Source of the DNA: the human T2T-CHM13v2.0 reference genome, Homo sapiens
Assembly (NCBI RefSeq): GCF_009914755.1
Contig: NC_060933.1
Length of the DNA: 64,000 nt
Reading direction: 5' to 3' (one strand)
In this document: piece after piece, positions 56,610 to 64,000 of the stretch
Layout of the letters: every line of letters starts with the position of its first letter
Position numbering within the stretch: position 1 is the first letter of the stretch
Program-made: the position numbers and the translations under genes
Notes under the pieces: generated by a model
The model's database searches: none
What the model was told of the DNA's origin: nothing
Seen by the model: only the letters and a program-made list of their open reading frames with translations

Positions 56610-57348
56610 TGTTGAAAGAAAAACTTTAGACAAATTAAATTTAGCATAGTTTAATTGAGCAAAGAAGAATTCATGAATCGAGAAGTTCCCAGAACCAGAA
56701 TAAGTTCAGAGTAACTCTGGAGCTGCCCCATCGTTGGATAATATTTATGGACAGAAGAAGGAAAGTCATGCACAGAAAATGGAAGTAAGGTACAGAAACA
56801 GCTGGATGGGTTACAGCTGGATGTCTTGTCTTATTTGAACACAGTTTAAACAATTGGCTGCCTTGGATTGGCTGAAACTCTGTAATTAGTTAATTAGTAC
56901 AAGAATAGGTTACAGTCTGTTTACACATCCGTTTTTGTTTGTTTGTTTTTTGAGATGGAGTCTTGCCCTGTCGCCTAGGCTAGAGTACAGTGGCGCGACC
57001 TTTAATTCTAGCTACTCAGGTGGCTCACTGCAACCTCCAACTGCCTGGTTCAAGCGAGTCTCCTATCTCAGCCTCCTGAGTAGCTAGAATTAAAGGTGCC
57101 CGCCACCACACCCAGCTAATATTTGTATTTTTAGGAGAGATGGGGTTTCACCACGTTGGTCGGGCTGGTCTCAAACTCTTGACCTCGTGATCTGCGTGCC
57201 TTGGCCTCCCCAAAGTGCTGGAATTACAGGTGTGAGCCACCGTGCCCAGCCCACATCCAGTTCTGTACAGTCCAGGATATATGGAGAAACCTTTGCGCTG
57301 AACTTAAAATATGTAAGGAGGCAGCTTTAGTCAAAACATAATTTAACA
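56610..57348 (-). mobile_element. MER57 5' LTR (Alu-interrupted)
   Basis: Reverse complement begins tgttaaattatgttttgactaaagctgcctccttacatattttaagttc. Confidence 0.88.
56932..57252 (-). mobile_element. AluS in LTR, with a 23-bp inverted templated insertion
   Basis: Short TSD acatcc; see findings. Confidence 0.93.
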
Positions 57349-57520
57349 TTAGTTACCTGATGTTGGACAAGTCATTAAACCTGTCTGCTTTGACTTTTTT
57401 GTCTGTAAAATGGGGATAATATCAGCTCCCACCTCTTAATGCTCCTTGGAGGATTAAATGAGTTAATATCTCTAAACACAACAGTACCTGCATTAATAAG
57501 CACTATATAAATGCTAATTC
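57349..57520 (+). mobile_element. MIR 3' half
   Basis: tggacaagtcattaaacct...ctgtaaaatggggataat...gaggattaaatgagttaat. Confidence 0.8.
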
Positions 57521-57834
57521 AAATCATCATTGTATTCTATAAGAATCTGAATAACCTAATAATCCCATTCAATAATTCTGAGTCCTGTTCTGTGCCAGGA
57601 GCAGCATATAGATGGGAGGCTCCAGATAAGCAAGTCCTGACTTTGGCCCCCAGGGTGCTTACAAAATGTTTTTAATGGGAAAAACATGAAGGAATAATTT
57701 ACCTGATCCAATCTTGGGCTTAGAAAAGAGCAAACCTCTGTGAAAAAGGCCTGGGCCAGACATAGCAGCTGTATCTATCCTCTTTATATGGGTAGAAAGG
57801 TGAAGGCCTCAAGTGAGAAATATCTGCTGCTACT

Positions 57835-58438
57835 TGTGGGAGACTGTATTTTCCAAGAATGGCAGCAATAATACCACCCATTCCACATGTTTTTCTGGAA
57901 CCTTGGCACTTTCCCATCAAGAAGTGGAGTCTAATTCTCTCCTCTTGAACCTGGGCAGGGCTCCCAGCTTGCTTGGAAGAAACAGAATGCTGTGAAAGTG
58001 ACACTGAGTGACTTCTGAGGCTAGGTCATCAAGATCAGGAATAGGGATTGGAGGGGGCTTCTGCCTTTGTGGCTGCAACATTTGCCTTTGGAGCTCAGAG
58101 CTGACACTGAAGAAGCCTGAGGCTGCCATGCTGTGGGGAAGCCCAGGCCACACAGAGAGGCCATGTGCAGGTTCTCTGGATGACAACCTCAGCTGTGGAA
58201 TGAGGTCCCTCCTGGAAGCCAGATACGTGAGTGAATATACTTACAGATGCCTCCAGTCCCTGTCTGCTTTCTCTTCCCTAGTCTTTGAGTTTTCCCAGAA
58301 GAGGTTTCAGACATTGAGGAATAGGGTAAAACCTGTTCCCTTTGCAAATCTGTAACCCACCGAATTAGCGTATAAAAATGGTTATTCCAAGTCACTAAGT
58401 GTTGGACTGATTTGCTATGCAGCAGTAAAACCGGAACA
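57835..58438 (+). mobile_element. MLT1G/H-like solo LTR
   Basis: tgtgggagactgtattttccaagaatggc...aagtcactaagtgttggactgatttgctatgcagcagta. Confidence 0.8.
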
Positions 58439-58986
58439 CTGCAACAGACACTTCTTTCTCTAGAGATCTTAGAGAAAGAAAATGTGTTCACAGCACAGTT
58501 AGATTTGTTTCTTAATGAATCTAAAGAGTCCCCAGTGATTAAGCATGTTGCAGCTGGAAGTTTCTAGAGCTGCCATCCTTGCCAACATCAGGCTGTGATG
58601 GTGCCTAAGAGAGTCATCACCAGCATCACCAGCAGAGAGGGCAAGGAGGGTGATGCAGCCTCTTCACCTGCCCAAGACTGTTTCACAGCTCTTCTGTGGA
58701 ACTGGCCCAGATTACAACAGCTCATGCAGATGAAAGTACCAGGTTAATAATGGAGAAATGTTAAATCCAGCTGGAGGAATGCAATTCCCCTTAAGAGAGG
58801 AGCTCTTCATTTGGTTTGTGAGATGGTTCTCACATTTTCCAGCTTCTGTGATTCATCTTATTATCTGATGTTTTCTTAGAGCTCTATATTTCATGTCTAT
58901 TATTTAGTTCTAGTCTCATAAAGTGGGAAGTCGTTTGTCAACCTCATTTTTAGAGATGTAGAAACTAAGATTCAAAGATTAAACCA

Positions 58987-59303
<317 letters not shown>

Positions 59304-59646
59304 TTATCTAATCAATAGTAAAGCTCAGACATAACCCCATGGTTTCTGATTCTAAATTCAGGTCTCTCTTATCATTGTACTCTGGAAAGAATCCCTGTCC
59401 TGGACCAAAAGGAAAAAAAAAAAAAAGATTTGTGTTTGTTCTAAAGTCATCAGAAGAGTGCTCATTAAAGGTGTGGTGTTTCTTACTTTTTAGTTCCTTC
59501 CAGAGTAATATAATTCTGCACTTCATCTGTGCAAAGAATTTAGTTTTCTGTTCTGAGTGTTGGCTTTGTGTACTTCTGCCCAGGAGTGAGATGAAACAAA
59601 TGTCATGATGGCTCATACCCTCCCACCCTTCCCCAACCCTCCAAAA

Positions 59647-59800
59647 ATGATTTGAAGTATTTGCCATTTTACACCCATGGTGTAAATGCTCCTATCGTGG
59701 CTGTCTTCAAGCGACTAAGTTGACATCATTCACCATTAAGTTGAGAAGAGATAGGCACATTGAGCTTTTGAGAGCCAGCACTAGCCCCCTCTAGCAATGG
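59647..59800. mobile_element. MER63 hAT-Blackjack fragment
   Basis: tgatttgaagtatttgcc...ggtgtaaatgctcc...gttgagaagagataggcaca...gagagccagc. Confidence 0.7.
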
Positions 59801-62800
59801 ATGAAGCCAGTGCAATTACAGGTATTTTGTAACTGTTTCTTCCAAAGCAATCAAATGTCTTCCACTCAAATTTTTCAAATTATTGAAGACAGTGAAAAAA
59901 GACAGTGCTGTTATTCACGTATGAGGACAGGACTATTTTTGCTTCTATAAAGGGTCACACTCTGAAGCAGCCATCAACTCTAGAGAGCTCCTTGTATCTT
60001 TCACCAGTAACACAAACCCAATGATACAAGTACTGAACACATATCTTAGTGTGTTGTGACCATCTTGCTTGCATTGGCGTGGGGGTGGAAGGCAGTATTA
60101 TAGGGCTGAGTTGGAGCAGCCGACAAGCCTGGAAAAGAATCCCACAAACTTCAGTCTTGCTCCCCACGTCAGTTTTGATAGGCCTGAAGCTTATTTGGTT
60201 ACCTTGGCTCCCACCCTGCTGGTGAGTAAGGAAAATGTTGAAGGGGAAGAGGGTCACCAGTGTCTGCTGGGACCGCTCCTCCAAGGTGTGAGTCACTTAA
60301 CCAGATGGGAGTGCACAGACCTCCTTCTTGCCCCACTGGTCTCCCCAGTGTCTCCCTCCCCATTTTCTTCTTTTTCTCTTCCCTGTCCTCTTTGCCCCTA
60401 GATATCTGGTAGCGTGTCCTTCTCCTACAAAAGAGCAGATGGAGAGAAGTGGGTGGAGACCTCAAGAAGGAGATTTGGTTCAGATGGAGCTAGAGATCTG
60501 AGAGGTGTTGGTGCCAGGAGGCAGCTGACTCCAAGGGACAGGGCAGTGAGTTTCCCAGCATGAGGATAGACAGCTGGTGGGGATTTGTCTACACTCTTCA
60601 GGAGCCAGAAGCTCGCATGAAGGAGGTAGAGGTGGTTAGAATACATGTGAAGGTTTATGATCTGGCTCCTGCCCTCCTCCCTCCCAATCTCTAGTCATTT
60701 CCAAATTGAACTTGGAATTCTTTCAAACCCTAGCCTTCTCACTCTTTGCCACTGCTATTCTCTTGCAGTAAATTTCCTACCCCGACCCTGCCCTACCTTT
60801 GTAATTCCTGCTCACCATTTGACACCCAGCTTAGGTGTCACCCCCTAAGGAATCCTTTTCTGGCTTCAGCCTCACCTTGACACTCACACACACACACCCC
60901 CCACACCATACACACCACAATATGAGCTAGAAGTGCAGCCTTAAATTCTGGCCCACAGTTGCCATGGTCTGAATGACCCTAGTCAAGACCTTCCACCCTC
61001 TGAAGTCACATTTCCTCATCTGTAAAACCAGGGGTTGGGTAAGCACTTCAGTTATTCTGAAGTTCTGGGGAAGTGTACACCATGAATACGTGCCCACATT
61101 GGTACAGCAAATGGCACAGCCTCTCCATTCTATTCTAAGTAGAAGAAAAAGCACCTGAGGTCAAAGCAGTTTATTTGCAGGTACTCACAATGCAGCTTTG
61201 CCCACAGTGGCTCTAATTCCATGCTGACATTTTCGATGCAGCCCGGCTTAATAGAGAAAAATGACTCTATTGCCTAAACAAGACAGACTTTATTAGGAGT
61301 TGAGATGGATAGTGGGGGAACTTTTATTTACATGTCACATTTCTCTAATTCTAAGGAATTTAAGCATCCTCTTTGCTTTCCATTTCCTACCCATCCCATT
61401 AATAAAGATTAATGAAAAGACTAGAATTGGTTGAGAAAAACAAATCAAAATAACAATTTTCAGTCCTTTTGCCTAAAAAAAGGCATGCTCAATTTGGGCA
61501 ACTCATTAAATTCCATCCAGTTAAAACTGTGGCTATTAGGCAATTAATACTTAGTTTTGGTTCTGCTTACTCTCTGGAAAGTCTGTTTTCCAAAAGCATA
61601 AATGTGACAGGAAATTTCTTCACTCCGTTTATCCCTAGTAGTTTAAATATTATTTCATAATTGCAAATGGGCTTTTCCCCACTTCTTGCACAGGCAGGCT
61701 ATGGCTGGTCTTCTTTTTGGTGGTATGGGCATGGTAATATATTTTTTCCCAGGGTGACAGAGAGAAGCAATTGAGCCTCATGGATGAGAAAACTCTCTCC
61801 AAACTCTAAGAAAAATGCAAGGAGGCGGCATTGCCAGCAGTGGTCCTGGACAGGCTTTCAGTTCTAGGTCAAGTGTCTTTTGTTCAGGATTAGCCTGGGA
61901 TCTCTGGAGAGAATGGGGTGATACTCCAGGCCTGTCAGATGGAACTAGGGGAATACAGACCCCCTTAGCACAGTTTAAGAGGAGTCTCAAATTGCAATGC
62001 TTGCACAAGACCAAGGTTTCTCCATGTTCTTTATTTCTCCTTTTCTTTCACAACTTTTTCTAAAGGAGTGATATTTCTTGCCGGTCTAGTTCCTCAACCT
62101 CAAAATTCGAGGAATTTGCAAATAGTTATCTCACATGGCCCTGCCTTAAAGTTTCCTCGTGAACGCTTCCATCCCACGTCTAAAAGTATGTCTATAAAGA
62201 GCAGATCTTTGGGTCCTTGGTGCACTGGAAAATTTTAAATGCCAAAGCAGTATTATTTATACTTGCCCTTGAGTGCAAATGTTCCTCTGAGAATAACACT
62301 TAAGGATTCTTTGTATATAAGGAATGGCTTCATTAGACGTTTAAGACTTAAGGGACCAGGGCATCATGTTTTCAATAGAGGCTTCTAGATTTATTTATTT
62401 GCTTCTCAGCATGACAAAGTTTGGCTAATTGATCTGTTGAGGAGGAATAAATCCATGCACATTTACAGCTCCTCCCAGTCACACTGAAGACTGAGCTACA
62501 CTGGTCCTGTCCTTATCATTTATGCTGCCAAGTAAAATACAGTCCTTCATGTTTTACTCACGTGTACCAGAAAACCAGCACCAGAGAAGGACTTCTAACC
62601 AGGTAAACCCTCCATTTAGAAGAACGTGTCTCCTAGGCTCTTGCAAGGGGATGGATCTCATTATTCAAAGTATCAAACAGGCAGAAGATTTGAAATGCCA
62701 ATAATTTTTTTGTGTATGCCGATAAATGCTTTCTTCTGAAGAGTATCAGGAATTCACTTTAATAGGACCAAGTGTTTATTGATCAGTTATTTTGTATTAG

Positions 62801-64000
62801 GCATAAGGATGGGAGAATACAGAGTTGATTAAAGCCCAGCACTACTGGTAGAAATATACATCTCACATCTGAGTGGTGTTTTACAGGTCATTCTGTATTT
62901 GCCCATCATCTTTCAGTTCCCCCAATCTCCTTGAGAGTCTATACTCTTTCATAGAAACCAAAGATCAAAGAGGAGACTTGACTTACAGAGGATGCACAAA
63001 GAGTCTACCTATGAGTCCGTGTCAACTCCCCCAGGTTCCTGCTTCTCAGGTTTTCCCTAGGGCCATGGGTTGTTTTTCTAGGAGGCAAGAACCTAGGATC
63101 TAGACTACTTGGGGATGACAAATGTTGAATTGAAATGAAGGAGGAAAATGTCCATAAGATCTCAACATGGGGCAGTGCAAAAGGAGAGCATGGCCAGATG
63201 GTGATCTGGGGAGGAGATAATTGCAGCAAGCACGGAACTTCTGACATGGCTCTGGGCAAGCCCACCCCTGACAGATTGGCCAGAGGGTAACCTTAGAGCA
63301 GGCCCAGACTTCAGTTATATATCAGGTGTTTTTAGGACATCCAAATGTCTGCCCAGAAACCAAGAGCTTTAGACTTTTCCCAGCCTCTTCTGAGATACTG
63401 GAGGTTCCAGGGGTTACAGCAACTGAGGTTTCTGGGCAAGGAATGTAGTCCCAGCTACCTGGAAAGAAGGCCAAAGATTTGCTGTAACTTTTTCTCCCTG
63501 AGTAGCCTTCACAGACGCTTTGGTCGTAATCTGACTGCTCAGCACTTTAGAATCCGTTACCAGAAGCTTCAGTGGACCTGTTGTAGTTCACCCTTAAGAT
63601 CAAGAAGAGTAATAATAAAAAATGAAAGAGAAATTGGTTTCTCAGTAGAATTGAATAATTCTTTTTCATTTGCACAAAAGTAAACACCTGGATGAACTCC
63701 TGCTGCTACCTTGCACTGCAGCATCCAGAGCACTTATATATTATTGCATGCCATTTCATGGTGATATTAGTAATTGTTATTTTCTCTGAGTGATGAGGAA
63801 ATTGAGACTCAGAGAAGTTAGTATTTGAGTTTCCGTATCCAAAGCTGCTGCTTGTTCTATCACATTAGTGGTGGTTCCATGATACTTGATGAAACTCAAG
63901 ACAACCCATGAAGATAATTTTGGGATGCTTTAGTAGAGAAAGAGAGGGCCAAGAGGCCTGCACCCTAACCTTGATTCAACCAAAGCAGTTACAGTTTTAA

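Overview
Repeat-rich, non-coding primate (human-like) genomic DNA. No intact cellular protein-coding gene and no new multi-gene system is supported; nearly all ORFs in the track come from Alus, microsatellites, LTRs or chance. Recognisable content: about 35 Alu-family elements (FAM, FLAM, AluJ, AluS, AluY), a full-length 7SL retrocopy (10114-10414, -), and an RPL36A processed pseudogene with an uninterrupted 106-codon frame (32938-33358, -). There is also a SERF2 processed pseudogene (52006-52835, -), a solo LTR12/ERV9 LTR inserted into an Alu (16112-17493, +), and a 7.2-kb rearranged MER57-type provirus (50146-57348, -) splitting a MIR. Further repeats include THE1, MER21, MER61 and MLT1 LTRs, L1 fragments and hAT MITEs. 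The best leads are: (i) several short locally templated copies, namely a 70-bp Alu 3'-flank duplicated behind a neighbouring Alu, a perfect 23-bp inverted insertion inside an Alu, a 20-bp MER21 copy, and a displaced LTR piece enclosing older MIR/L1 DNA inside the provirus; (ii) an LTR12 promoter with a mutated poly(A) signal and downstream splice donors; (iii) candidate enhancers in unique sequence, including a PBX-HOX plus MEIS site pair at about 31.4-31.5 kb. Repeat subfamily names and parent-gene comparisons rely on remembered consensus sequences and need Dfam/BLAST confirmation; boundaries of old repeats are approximate.
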